Of a stretch of DNA of 64,000 bases, positions 1 through 12,384 are shown piece by piece. The stretch lies in NCBI GenBank assembly GCA_030390025.1, contig CM059432.1, forward strand, positions 21,392,001 through 21,456,000, given 5' to 3'. The DNA comes from Squalus acanthias (Eukaryota). The translations under genes and the position numbers were made by a program. The notes under the pieces were generated by a model. The model was not told the origin of the DNA, ran no database searches, and saw only the letters and a list, made by a program, of their open reading frames with translations. Position 1 is the first letter of the stretch. Every line of letters begins with the position of its first letter.

Positions 1-976
1 ATCAGCAAGGAGCTGGTCACAGAGCTTTGCCACCTCCTGCAACCAGAGCTCCAGCCTCAGCTCAGGACCAGGACATCTCTGTCGGTGGCAGTGAAGGTCA
101 CAGTGGCTCTCAATTTCTACGCCAGCAGCTCCTTCCAGGCTTCAATGGGGGATATTGCGAACATCTCCCAGTTTGCTGTTCATTGCTGCATACGGGAGGT
201 CACAAATGCTCTATACCAAAGGAGAAGGGAGTACATCTCTTTCCCCATGACACGAGACAAACAGCGTGAACACGCATGTGGCATCGCAAGGAGAGCGGGC
301 TTCCCCATGGTTCAGGGCGCCATTGACTGCATGCACGTGGCATTGCGGGCACCTCATGAAAATGCAGAGGTTTTCCGCAACCACAAAGGCTAGCACTCTC
401 TGAAGATGCAGTTGGTATGCGACCACAGACAGCGCATCCTCGCTGTCAATACCCGCTATCCTGGCAGCAGCCACAATTCATTCATCCTGCGTCAGACTGG
501 TGTCCCAGACCTGTTCCAACCACCGCATCAACCTCGTGGCTGGCTCCTCAGGGACAAGGGTTATCCACTCTGCACCTGGCTGATGACACCGCTCCGTAAC
601 CCCAACACTCCTGCTGATCTCGCCTTCAATGAGAGCCATAGCGCCATTAGGAACCTCATTGAACAGACGATCGGCGTGCTGAAGCAACGGTTTCGGTGTC
701 TTGACAACTCTGGAGGAGCCCTGCAGTACTCCCTGATCGGGTGTCGGTTTTCATTGTTGTGTGCTGCATGCTTCATAACCTCGCCATTCTGAGGACCCAG
801 CCAATGCCACCAGGGATTGGTGCACCACCTCAGAGGAGGAAGAGGGAGAGGAGGAGGAGGAGGCGGTGGTGGAGGATGAAGAGGAGGAGGAGCAGCAACA
901 ACGTGTGAGGGAGCCTCTCAATGTTGCTTCTGCAAGGGCCGTTCGTTAACACCTCATAACACAGCGCTTCCAATGA
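1..976 (+). pseudogene. Harbinger (PIF) DDE transposase, decayed copy; 5' part lies outside the window
   Basis: Translates to VKVTVALNFYA...GAIDCMHV...DKGYP...RNLIEQTIGVLKQRF, collinear with the intact transposase at 38582-39742; in-frame TAG at 391-393 and a frameshift near 730; acidic tail, stop at ~974-976. Confidence 0.93.
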
Positions 977-1289
977 ATGACAGTGAAGATGGCTTTCGGG
1001 ATCAACAACCACATCATTACAGCCATCCTGCAGCCCCTATGAGCGGCCAAAGTTCCAATGAGAAACATGAGGAAATTTGTAACGTTTAAATAAATATTTT
1101 TATTCTTCTGAACAGCTGTGTCTTATTAAGCACAACCAATAACAAACTAACAAAACAATTTATTAAGACAACTGGTTCTTAGCACATCAAAATAATTCTT
1201 AACAAAGTGAACAATATATTTACAAACACATCCAACTTTGGTACAAACACCCCCCTGATTTAGTCAAAAAATTTTAGTTAGTCGGCCTT

Positions 1290-2700
1290 CAATGATCTCC
1301 CTCCCCTTTGCACTTACCCCCTCCCAACCCTACTGCTCCTCCGTAATGTGGCCCCGGCAAGGCTGGCAGAAGGCTGCTAAATCTCGGAGCCAGAGACTGG
1401 AGATGACTTGCAGGATGCCCTCGACCAGCTCCGAGCCTGGAGAGCCTGGCTGCAGACTGCACCAACTCTGCATGGGCGCAGCAGTCTGGGCTGGCTGGGT
1501 TACAGGCTGTGGCAAGTGCAATGGCAGAGTGGCAGTGGTGGCAGCAGGAATGCTGTCATCCCGAGAGAGGACAGCACCTCCCTGCTCCACCGACACACTG
1601 CCACTCCCCCAGGGCAGAACCACAGCATTTGGAGCAATCTGCTTGAGCACAGATTGCTGGCCTGCTGCGGCACCGTCAGATCCCCAGTGGACTGTGGGTG
1701 ACCCAGTGACGATGGTAGCAGTCAGCGCTTGCGTGGCATCAATCTGAGACTGCATCAGAGCAGTCTGAGATTGGATGGCACCAACCAATGACTCAATTCC
1801 AGCACTAAGCCGTTGCGTTGCCTCGGCCTGTGCTGCAATAGATGCTGCCACCTCACCCATTACACGTGGCATGGGGTCTGGGTTCCTACGGTCTCTCTGC
1901 AAGTCAACCATCCTTTGCAACGAGGCAAGGATGGGCTCGAGGGTTTGCACACAGATGATAGCTGTTCTGGCAGTGGACTCCTCCACGCTCCTAGCCAGTA
2001 CATCCATGCTCTCGGGCACCCTTGCCATTGCACCCATGATCTCTGTATGCATGCTTATCGCCTGTGTGTTTATTGCCGCGATATCGAGATCCTCATCCGA
2101 GTCCTGTGCAGCAGAACTCGTGCGCGCACTCACCCTCCGGGGAGATGGCCCCCGAGCTTCCCTTTCCCCATGGCGTTGCTGCAGCCCTCTGTGTCCCGGA
2201 GATTCACCCACATCAGTGCCAAATCCTCTGCTCCCCTCCAGTGACCGCGTGGCCCCAGTATCCGATGTGCCACCCTCGGGAGACGCAGGCAATGAGGCTC
2301 CGGCTTGGTGTTCCTGATCCTCTCCCATGTCGCTTCCACTGGGAGGCTGATGGACAGGCTGTTCAGATGATGGCTCACTATCTGAAAGCAGGAAGGCACA
2401 AGAGTGGCTTTAATGGGAGGGGAGGGGGGCAGGAAAGGAGCAAGGAATGGAGACAGTATACTTAGATGGAAAGTGGGAAGGACTCATGTTGTGAGGGGGA
2501 AGTGGTATGAGAGAGGAGAGAGAGATGATGAACATACCGTTGCTGTCCCCAAGGGGGTCGACCTCTCCGACGGCCACAGCGCCCACGACATGGCTTGCGA
2601 TTATTCTCTGCACTCGCTCCTCCAGCTGAGTGAGGGGGTGCAGCTCCGCCTGACCTTCTCCCATGCGTTGTTGCTCCCTCCTGTTATGACAAAGCTTGGC
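1290..2700 (-). pseudogene. Harbinger Myb/SANT-like gene, exon 2 (2538-2700) and exon 3 (from 2381 downward), decayed
   Basis: Exon 2 is 163 nt with ttgcag acceptor and gtatgt donor (AKLCHNRREQQRMGEG...), the same length as exon 2 of the intact copy; exon 3 resembles 37293-38269 but frameshifts near 1480; exon 1 not found. Confidence 0.85.
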
Positions 2701-2864
2701 CTGCAAGAAAAAGGACAGCGTGTGAGTCAGTGTCCAGCCATGTGTTTGGCAGATGTGCCTACCATAGTTGAATAGCCGTTAGTGTCTGCAAGGTGTGAGA
2801 TGTGGATGTGACTTTTAGTAGATGGGCATAATTGTTGGGTGAGTGTTGGGGATTTGGCAGTTTA

Positions 2865-3330
2865 TACCGTCTGTCATCTCTACTTCACCTGCTATCTATT
2901 CCATCAGCATGGATGCCATTTATACTGTCTCAACTTGGTCCTCAGAATCTGACCATGATGACCCCCAACACCAGCAGCACCAGGCACACTAGCAGCGCCA
3001 ACAACAACAGCACCAACCTTCTCCGCAATCACCTGACAGCACAGGACAGAGGGCATCAGCACACAAGCACATTGCTGCCCGGGTGGCCAGGAATGGCCTC
3101 ATTATGGCCAGATTTACTTCACTTGGCGCTGTACACCCATATGGCTGCCACATGATGCGCCAGGTTGGCACCACCCCACACCGACACCATAAAGCATCCC
3201 TGCAATGACCAAGCCATTCCTTTCACACTCACCACCATTGCTGGAGGTACCGTTATATCTCACCATTCACTGCAACTCACTGAACCACTTACAAAGGTGC
3301 ACACAAATCTGCCCAAGACTGGAAACTGTC
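2865..3330 (-). mobile_element. Internal fragment of the non-autonomous Harbinger family seen at 12385-14158 and 41441-47952
   Basis: Reverse complement aligns by eye to ~13210-13640 and ~43140-43530. Confidence 0.75.
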
Positions 3331-3731
3331 CAGATACTGCTCCCCCTCCCTTATGTTTCAGAGTGTCTCCAACTCGCACTCCAGCTCATTGACTCTGAGC
3401 CGGGAGATTCAAGGCGGAGACATCTACTGCAGATGTGTTCACTTGGGACGGTATGACATGGTAGCCATTACTGAGACATGGCTGCAAGACGGTCAGAACT
3501 GAGAACTAATTATACCAGGTTATAAGGTCTACAGGAAAGATAGGGAAAATGGTAGAGTGGGAGGAGAAACCTTAGTGATTAAGGATGAAATCATTTCAAT
3601 GATAAGAGAGGATATAACGAGAGGTAAGCAGGCAGTGGAGACTTTATGGGTAGAATTAAGAAATAGGAAAGGATTTAAGAAAGTAGTGGGAGTTGTGTAT
3701 AGGCCCCCTGGTAGCAGCTGTGAAGTGCTAT

Positions 3732-4010
3732 GGGGCTGAGTTTTCCCGGGACCCTTCCGCACGGAACGGCCAGACCCGGGAGATGGCGGGAAACCTGAAC
3801 TTCTGGGTTTCCCAGCGTGAAGGGCGGGTGAAGGGCGGGTTCCCCACCCGGAGGTCAGCCTGATTGACAGGATGACTTCCAGTCATGCGGGGAACGCGGA
3901 CCAGAATACCGCAGGACCAGGTAAGTGCTGGGCCCAGGAAGTTGGGGGGGGGAGGGTTTGAAGTCGTGGTGGTGGTGGGGGGGCGGTGGGGGGGGGGGGG
4001 GGGGGTCCGA
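3732..4010. mobile_element. Truncated Harbinger-type MITE end inside the CR1
   Basis: Starts GGGGCTGAGTTTT like other GGG-terminated MITEs here; CpG-rich; interrupts the CR1 APE region. Confidence 0.5.
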
Positions 4011-4310
4011 ATAGTGAGAGGGAAACCAGGGAATTATAGACCAGTTAGCCTAACATCTGTTGTTGGGAAATTACTAGAGTCTATAATTTAAGATAGGGTG
4101 ACTGAACACCTTGAAAATGTGCAGCTGATCAGAGAGAGCCAGCATGGATTTGTGAAAGGTAGGTCATGCCTGACAAACCTGATTGAATTTTTTGAAGAGG
4201 TGACTAAAGTAATGGACAGGGGAATGGATTTCCAGAAGGCATTTGATAAAGTCCCTCATAATAGATTGTTAATTGAGGTTGAAGCTCATAGAATTGAAGG
4301 CAAATTATTG

Positions 4311-4830
4311 ACATAAGAACATAAGACATAAGACGTAGGAGCAGGAGTAGGTCATTTGGCCCCTCGAGCCTGCTCCGCCATTCAATAAGATCATGGCTGA
4401 TCTGATCTTGGCCTCAACTCCACTTCCCTGCCTGATCCCCATAACCCTTGACTCCCTTATCGTTCAAAAATCTGTCTATCTCCACCTTAAATATATTCAA
4501 TGACCCAGCCTCCACAGCTCTCTGGGGAAGAGAATTCCAAAGATTCACGACCCTCTGAGAGAAGAAATTCCCTCATTTCCGATTTAAAAGGGTGCCCCCT
4601 TATTCTGAAATTATGCCCCCTAGTTCTAGATTCCCCCACGAGGGGAAACATCCTCTCAGCATCTACCCTGTCAAGCCCCTTCAGAATCTTATATGTTTCA
4701 ATAAGATCCCCTCTCATTCTTCTAAACTTCAATGAGTTTCGGCCAAACCTGCTCAACCTTTCTTCATAAGATAACCCCTTCATCTCCGGAATCAACCTCG
4801 TGAACCTTCGCTGAACTGCCTCCAATGCAA
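4311..4830 (-). mobile_element. 5'-truncated CR1 LINE 3' end, inserted antisense in the CR1
   Basis: EAVQRRFTRLIPEMKGLSYEERL on the minus strand; (ataagaac)n tail at 4311-4335. Confidence 0.92.
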
Positions 4831-6371
4831 GTTAGGGAATTGGCTGAGCAGCAGGAGACAGAGAGTGGGGATAATGGACAGGTAGTCTAATTAGTAGGAT
4901 GTGACTAGTGGTGTCCTGCAGGGATCTGTGTTGGGGCCTCAACTATTCACTGTATTTATTAACGACTTAGAAGATGGCATAGAAAGCCACATATCCAAAT
5001 TTGCCAATGACACAAAGATAAGCGGCATTGTCGGCAGTGTCGATGAAAGCATAAAATTATAAAGAGATATTGATAGATTAAGTGAATGGGCAAAACTGTG
5101 GCAAATGGATTTCAATGTAAGCAAATGTGAAGTCATCCACTTTGGACCTAAAAAGTATCGGGCAGGGTACTTTCTAAATGGTGAAAAGCTAAAAACAGTG
5201 GATATCCAAAGAAACTTGGGGGTCCATGTACATAAATCATTAAAATGTCATGAACAGGTACAGAAAATAATCAAAAATGCTAATGGAATGCTAGCCTTTA
5301 TATCTGGAGGACTAGACTACAAGGGGGTAGAAGTTATGCTGCGGCTGTACAAAACCCTGGTTAGACCACACCTGGAGTACTGTGAGCAGTTCTGGGCACC
5401 ACACCTTAGGAAGGATATATTGGCCTTGGAGGGAGTGTAGCGTAGGTTTACCAGAATAATACCCGGACTTCAAGAGTTAAATTATGAGGAGAGATTACAC
5501 AAATTAGTGTTGTATTCCCTAGAATTTAGAAGGTTAAAGGGTGATTTGATCGAAGTTTTCAAGATATTAAGAGGAACAGATAGGGTAAATAGAGAGGAAC
5601 TATTTCCACTGGTTGGGGATTCTAGGACGAGGGGGCATCATCTAAAAATTAGAGCCAGACCTTTCAGGAGTGAAATTAGGAAACACTTCTACACACAGAA
5701 TGTGGCAGAAGTTTGGAACTCTCTTCCGCAAATGGCAATTGATACTAGATCAATTGTTAATTTTAAATCTGAGATTGATAGATTTTTGTTAACCGAAGGT
5801 ATTAAGGGATATGAGCCAAAGGCGGGCATTTGGAGTTAGGTCGCAGATCAGCCATGATCTCATTGAATGGCGGAACAGGCTCGAGGGGCTAAATGGCCTA
5901 CTCCTGTTCCTATGTTCCTATTACAGTGGTCTACATTTTTGACCTGGAAGTGCTTGGTGCTGACACTATAATAATTGCTATTTCAGAAAAGGGTCTCATT
6001 TCCCAGTACTGACTTTTTAAATAAAAATTCATCTCCCCCACCCAAAAATAATTAAACAGCCATGAAAACCAGCTGTCGTTTGATTTTGTATTATATTGCT
6101 TAATTTAGGAAACAATTACAAAGATTAAATCATAAAGCTAAAAATCAACTTAAAATCTTTATTGGCATTGGAATGCTATATATCGTAAACCTTATATGAA
6201 AATCCTGGAACCATTAAGATCAGAGAGTATCAACACAGATGAGTAATGACCAAATAAAATAGGTATATTGTCTCCTTTACAAAAGTGGTTAAATTAATTT
6301 ATTGCAGTGCATCATTTTCAAAGGAAGGTAAGAATTGCCTGAAGTCCTTTAGAAGCTGCTGGCAAGAGGTT

Positions 6372-6870
6372 GGGGGTGGAATTGGGCTCGGTAGCACCCG
6401 TTTTTTGGGTGCAATGAGGCCCCATAAGGTTCCAAAATGGCGTCCACGGCACACGCGCACACTTCTGTTGCGAATTGCGATGGCTGCCATGTTGGTAAAG
6501 GGGTCAGCGTGTGCGCACCTAATATCCGCCGGCAGCATGCAGAGCAGGCAGATCATGACGTCAATCAGCGTGTCACGCAGATTTGACGCCAGCGCTGCTG
6601 TTTTGGAGCTCCTCGTTCCAGCCTACGCCCTCTCGTAACCTCTCACAGCTGAACACGACGTTAAGCAGCATGAAGGACCGCCAGCGCTGTGTAAAGGGAT
6701 CATCAACTACTTACAGGTTAGTTGCTGGCTTATTTCTTCTGGCTGTTGCTGCAATTCTATGAGTTTTGGGTGCTTTCTATAGTTGGTTAAAGTTTCAATA
6801 GTGTACAGGGAGTGGTGTGGCAGGTGCTGAAGTACTTTTTTGCTGACTTAAAGAGCGATTAACCGGTGCC
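6372..6870. mobile_element. Harbinger-type MITE fragment
   Basis: GGGGGTGGAATT start and CpG-rich subterminal region; second end not identified. Confidence 0.45.
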
Positions 6871-7177
6871 TGTTTTCGGGGGCTAACCAATTTAACTCCC
6901 ATTGTGTCAGATCAAAATGGCCCACTATTTTCAAAAATAATACGGAAGGTTGTTTCCAAATTGCAAGCCAAGATCTTTTGACAAGTGTTCAAAATAGTAT
7001 TTCGTTAGCTTCAATTTTTAGGGCCCTGTTTCTAATGATACAGTAGAAGGCTGTTACAATGGCATTGGCTGTTGGGATGCCAGCAATACTGTCGTATGGG
7101 GTGGCACGGCATGGATTTGTACCTGCAATCACACAATCTCTTTTAGATTTCTCTTTAAGTCAGTGTTCGTTACACTG

Positions 7178-7894
7178 GGGCAGGGTTACTGCTTTGGATG
7201 CAGTCGGCAATCCGGGCGCAAACTGTGCCCGAAATTGCGCTAGTTTTCAGAAGCTTTTTTCCCTCAAGTTTCCACTCAAATACATTTGCATATCGCCGAA
7301 TGTAAAATCTCCCATGAACTAGCGCAATCGGGCAGTGTTTTAGAACGTAATTAAAAAACAAAATTTGCTTTAAAAAATATTCCTTGATACATTTAAGAGT
7401 GGTAACTTGATGCAGTTTTAGTAATACAGCTGAGGATGGGTTTAGCATAAAAAATAAGCATTTTTAATCAGAGTGTCTAGTCCATCACCTGTGAGTAACC
7501 CAATTTTAAATAAATGAAAAATGATTTTAAAAGACTATACAGGAGCTCTGGTGTGCAGTAGCCAAATTATCAGTAAATTAAAAACATATATACTCAAAAG
7601 CTTTTAAAACGTGCCTATTAGTGTCCTTGCACCTGAATAAAAAGCTTAATCGAACGGACGCAATTAGCCGAAACTCGCAATGGTAATTAATTCGACCTGG
7701 GCCATGGCCAATTTTTGTGAGCGGGTCCGGCTTCTAGCGCGAAGCTTTTTAAACTAGAACACAGTATCACGGGAAATCGATTTGCGCTGACCGTAATTTG
7801 CACTTAAAATTCCGTGGTCTTGTGCACCGGTTTTGACAATTTTGGCCGAATTGCACTGAAAAAAACAGCGCAACCGAGCAGAAACCCCAGGACA
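7178..7894. mobile_element. ~715-bp MITE, paralog of 55426-56138
   Basis: End-to-end similarity with 55426-56138; imperfect TIRs (GGGCAGGGTTACTGC / GCAGAAACCCCAGG). Confidence 0.8.
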
Positions 7895-8960
7895 CTGTGT
7901 TTGATCTGTACTGACAATTTGCATAAGACTTGTTTCTGTCAGAAGCATTCATTCTCTCGTGTATTTTTTTTAACTATTACAGAATAACAGGCAGGAATTT
8001 ATTAAGGCTATGTCATGGCTGAAAGTAAAATATGATAAACATGCGATTGACCAGATAACTCTCAAGGGACGTAGTCCTGAGTGAGCTTCAGTAAGACTCA
8101 TGAATGAAAATAATTATCTCATATCACTATCGCCTGTTATGTATTGAATTTATAATACTCAGTCAGGGAAGTGGCCTGAACCCTCAAAGATAGGTAAGTG
8201 AACTTTTTGTTAAAAGCATTTGGATCAGCCCCCTTACATAAAGATCTGAGGGGGAGTGGGGAGAGTGCTCCAGAGTCTCTGGTGGAGGAGCGTGGGCAAC
8301 TCATCAATGGCAAGCAGCAGGTTCTGGATTTGCTAGCTAACTGGAGCAGGTCGGTCACGATGTGTTGTGGTAGTGCAGGAAGCCACCATCCCGTGCCAAT
8401 GAGGTGTCCTCCCGATCACCCCACAAACAGCACCAGGTCAGCACTGAAGGTCACCAGTGGGATTAGGGCCTGTGGATGTCCAGGGCCTTGATCTTGCCGC
8501 TGGTCATGGGTTGCTGCCATTGGACGTATAATACGTTCTCCGAATCAGGGCAGATTTGTTCGAATCTTTCTTCAAACAAAAAATTTAATGAGATTTTGGT
8601 GAATTGAGGATTCCACTACTTGAATGTTCTGAAGATCAACAAGGAAGAAGACCTTAGGTTTTTCTCAATATGCACTGATCACAGTGAAGCTGCTCCTTGC
8701 TTCTGACAACAACGCCCAGCTGGGTTCTAATTTCCAGGACATTTAAATGCAGTAGTCTGAAATCAACACCCACCTTGGTTAGAAATCCTTTAGTTTATTT
8801 ATCAGTTTTAATTTAGCCACTTATCCAAATTCTCATCATTCAGCCATTGATGAAATAAATTCAGTATATGTGTATCAGAGATATTTGTAATTCTGTCACC
8901 AGCTATCTGCGAGTTCCCTGTCTCTCTATCTCTGATCGAGAGGGACGCAGATGTGTCACT

Positions 8961-9110
8961 CAATGTTCCCCCTAATTTTGTTTTGGGTGCATGGCCCCTT
9001 TAAGTAGCTGTGCGGCTCATTCACAGCGCAAAACTTAACATTGAAAAAGCCAGTCCCGGGCTGCGCGGGACCGGTAAACAGCACGGTCGCACAGCTTATA
9101 GGGAACGTTG
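8961..9110. mobile_element. 150-bp hAT-like MITE
   Basis: TIR CAATGTTCCC / GGGAACGTTG; flanks GTGTCACT and GTGCCATT match at 6 of 8 positions (decayed 8-bp TSD). Confidence 0.65.
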
Positions 9111-9422
9111 GTGCCATTTATCTCCCGGGCATCCTCCTCTCCATCAGTGAGCTGGACTATTTGTAACGGTCCACCTCCAGTCCTCTCCCTCTCCCTTGTG
9201 TTTTTCACTCTCTTCTACAAGGGGCAAAGGAACAGACCTGTGAGTGAGTGAAGGTCACGTATTCACACGATGGATGCAGTGCATTCGGTGAGGGCGACTT
9301 TCAGACAGATGCATCACATTGCATAAGGATTGGGGTGAGTGGCAGCGGCTGATGGATACATGGGGAGATGAGGAAGTGCATAGAAAGTGAAGGCAGGGTG
9401 CTACTGAAACTTAAATGGGTGT

Positions 9423-9503
9423 ACAAAAATGAGAAGTCGCACAACACCAGGTTATAGTCCAACAGTTTTATTTAAAATTACGATTTAAAATTACGATTTA
9501 AAA
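9423..9503. mobile_element. Truncated copy of the short Penelope-type element at 41941-42111
   Basis: Shares TGAGAAGTCGCACAACACCAGGTTATAGTCCAACAG; 12-bp TSD TTAAATGGGTGT at 9411-9422 and 9504-9515. Confidence 0.8.
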
Positions 9504-9621
9504 TTAAATGGGTGTGAGGAGTGATGTGATGGAGTACGCTTGACAAGACAGAGTGAAAGTGGGCGGGGACTTAAACCACAGGATGTAGTTGAATCAGCAA
9601 ATGTGCTCACTTTTCCTCACC

Positions 9622-9995
9622 TGGTTAGGTCATTAAACCACTTCCTACATTGCATCTGGGCACAATGCGTCTGCTGCTCTCCTCCTCAGCCACCTCCAAC
9701 CACGTCTTCTTGGTGGGAGCAGTAGGTTTCTTCCTCCTTGCTCTATGTGCACCATCCATCGTGAACACCTCCATTTTCCATCTGTACATTTTCCATTTAA
9801 ATACAGTCGAGATCGCATCATGCGGGTGCGCATCAAGCCCACGGCGCAGCTTGGAGACGCAAAACCCGTAAGTCAAAATCAGTTGCTTTAATTCAGTAGC
9901 GATCACAGATTCCGACCCACTGAGTTGACGTCCTGGTTTCACCCACACAATTCCACCCCACCGCTTAGAAAACGCCTTCAGATTAATATCGGGGC
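9622..9995 (-). pseudogene. Decayed Harbinger Myb/SANT exon and element end
   Basis: Minus strand gives ..KKTWLEVAEEESSRRIVPR..RKWFNDLTR, like Harbinger Myb exon 1; terminus-like AATATCGGGGCC near 9990. Confidence 0.6.
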
Positions 9996-10629
9996 CTATA
10001 GTTCTAAATAAATAACGGTTTCCCATGTTTGCTGTTCTCAATCACTGAAAAACATCATGCAATACTGCCAGAAAGCAATGAGCATCCTCAGGAGATAAGA
10101 AAAGGCAGGTTATTGATATTTTTCCCCAGTCACTCTCTTTCATTAAATACACTTATGAGCTTTTATGCCTCAATTTCACAGTAATCAATTTTTCTCTCAG
10201 CAAACCTAGATAGTGTTGAGGTTGCATCAAGCAGTATCAAAAGTAGTGAGTTGACTTCATTCAGAATAAAAAGCAATTATTTGCATGCAAAGCACAGTGA
10301 GGTATTATTGTGAAGCTTACAAATTGAATTGTATGCTTAATTATCAACATCAGATATAAAGACTTTGAGTAAAAAAAAATCCAGTTATAAGTGAAGATTG
10401 ATGGGCGCATTTTCCCGGTTTCAATGGATAATTCGAGGCATTTGTCATCATTTGTTTTCTTTATTCTGTTGTTTAACTGACTGAGATGCCATCAGTCAAT
10501 ATACTCAATGCAACATCAATCAGATATTCATTATGCTTTTCTAGGCTTTGGATGTTAATCTCTGAAATGTTGCAAGTGATTTCTGGTGGGGAGGATTGAA
10601 GTTATTATAAAATATGAATGAATATAAAA

Positions 10630-11027
10630 CAACAACAACTTACATTTATACAGTGCCTTTAAAATAGTAAAACGCCCCAAGGTGCTTTATAGGAGCATTA
10701 TCAAACAACATTTGACACCGAGCCCCAAAAGGAGATATTAGGACAGGTGACCAAAAGCTTGGTCAAAGAGGTGGGTTTTAAGGAGCATCTTAAAGGAGGA
10801 GAGAGAGAGAGCGAGGTAAAGAGGCGGAGAGGTTTGGGGGAGAATTCCAGAGCTTAGAGCCTAACAGCTTGAAGGCACGGTCGCCAATGGTGAAGCAATG
10901 GAAATTGGGGATGTGCAAGAGGCCAGAATTGGAGGAGCACAGAGATCTCAGAGGGGTGTAGGACTGGGGCAAGTTGTAGAGATAGGGAGGGGCAAGGGAT
11001 TTGAAAACAAGGATGAGAATTTTAAAG
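10630..11027 (-). mobile_element. L2-clade LINE 3' fragment
   Basis: Minus ORF remnant PLRSLCSSNSGLLHIP..GDRAF...KLWNS; (aac)n tail at ~10630. Confidence 0.8.
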
Positions 11028-11137
11028 TAACTAAAGACAAGCTTATATGTTCCATTGGATAGACACTCAAGATGTCCTTTGTCTAGTGCGCAAGTTTTAT
11101 TTCTGCACTGACTTCAGGTTTCTTTCTTCAGAAATGT

Positions 11138-11866
11138 TGGCCCAGAAATTCGGGTCCCCACGGGTGAGTACGCGCTGTGTACTCGCCCGTAGGGCCACCG
11201 GAAGTGCCGGTTTTGCGCATGCACTGCGCATGCACGGGAAACTGGAACTTCCGGTCTCTTGAAGGAAGGGGTTCGCGGGTCAACCGCATGCGCCGGAGAG
11301 GCAGCGCGCACGCAGCGAACTTCCGCTTCTTTTACAGGTTTCTCCGTGCGGGTAAGTCCCTAGCAGCTGCGCGTGGAAAAAGCAAGAGCAAGGCCTGCTT
11401 TTAACAAGGTAAGAGGTGAATTAAGTAAAATTGAATTTTTTTTTCCACAGGTTTATCATTTTTAAATACTTTAAAGAAAGGTAAGTTTATTTTTAGCCCC
11501 GTTAAAAACTTTAATTAATTTTTTCAAAAATTTAAATTTTTGTTTCAAATAGTTAATTTATGTAATTTATTTGAAGTTTTACTTAGGTTTTGTGGCCGAT
11601 CTCTATTCATAGATTTGACAGGTCTTCCTGTCAAATCTATGAATGGAGATTCCCTGCTCCGATTGGCTCCCCATGGGCCACGTGATCCCAGGGGACGGTG
11701 CAAACTAGTTGCGCCACTGGGATACGCGAGCACTGCACACCGGCAGCTGGAGGAGGCCCAGGATCGGAATCCCACGCAGGCACACAGCACAATGGCAGGC
11801 ACGCTATGTAAGTGCACCCGCTATTCTTGCACCCGCGGGAAGCCTCCGACCCGAATTTCTGGGCCA
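11138..11866. mobile_element. 729-bp MITE with perfect 19-bp TIRs
   Basis: TGGCCCAGAAATTCGGGTC (11138-11156) and GACCCGAATTTCTGGGCCA (11848-11866); AT-rich core; homologous in reverse orientation to 36016-40959. Confidence 0.88.
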
Positions 11867-12384
11867 GTGATATCTTTCTGATCACCTACTCTTAGTTTTG
11901 TTAAACCAAGCTTGAACTTATTTAGGTTAGCATACCATTATGTTTTGATATTTTTATCATATTATTTGCATTTGCACCAATGTGGCAGAGGCAGAGAGTC
12001 CTCTCTCTGGTTTTAAAAATTGACAACTCTAGGTCAAGGGCCGAGGCCCATAATTCAGGAACACTGCAATGGTTAAAAGGAATAGAAGTGAAGATGAGCT
12101 AAATGAAAGACAAATGGTCAAATTTCAAAAGCCTGGAGGATTGCAGAAGGACGGAAAGAGTAAGGAGTTGCACAATTTTGAGATCTGGGCAAGAACACAA
12201 AAGGAGACAATGGCATGTGTCTTGATTTTAACACAGTAGACATGCAGGAGGAAGAGTTTGATGGATGATATAGTAAACCTGATGGTACAGGGACAGAACA
12301 GGCATTCGAGGACCAAAAAGTCTGGCTCAGGTCCAAATCATTGCAATTGCACTGCTTTTGGAGTGGGTTCAAACCCCACTCTCG

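Larger units (their letters stand above)
3395..5920 (+). mobile_element. CR1-clade LINE, degraded, internally deleted and interrupted
   Basis: APE pieces (VELRNRKG..VGVVYRPP), NYRPVSLTSVVGKLLE, QHGFVKGRSCLTNL, LVRPHLEY, and 3' UTR ending cctatgttcct. Confidence 0.9.
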
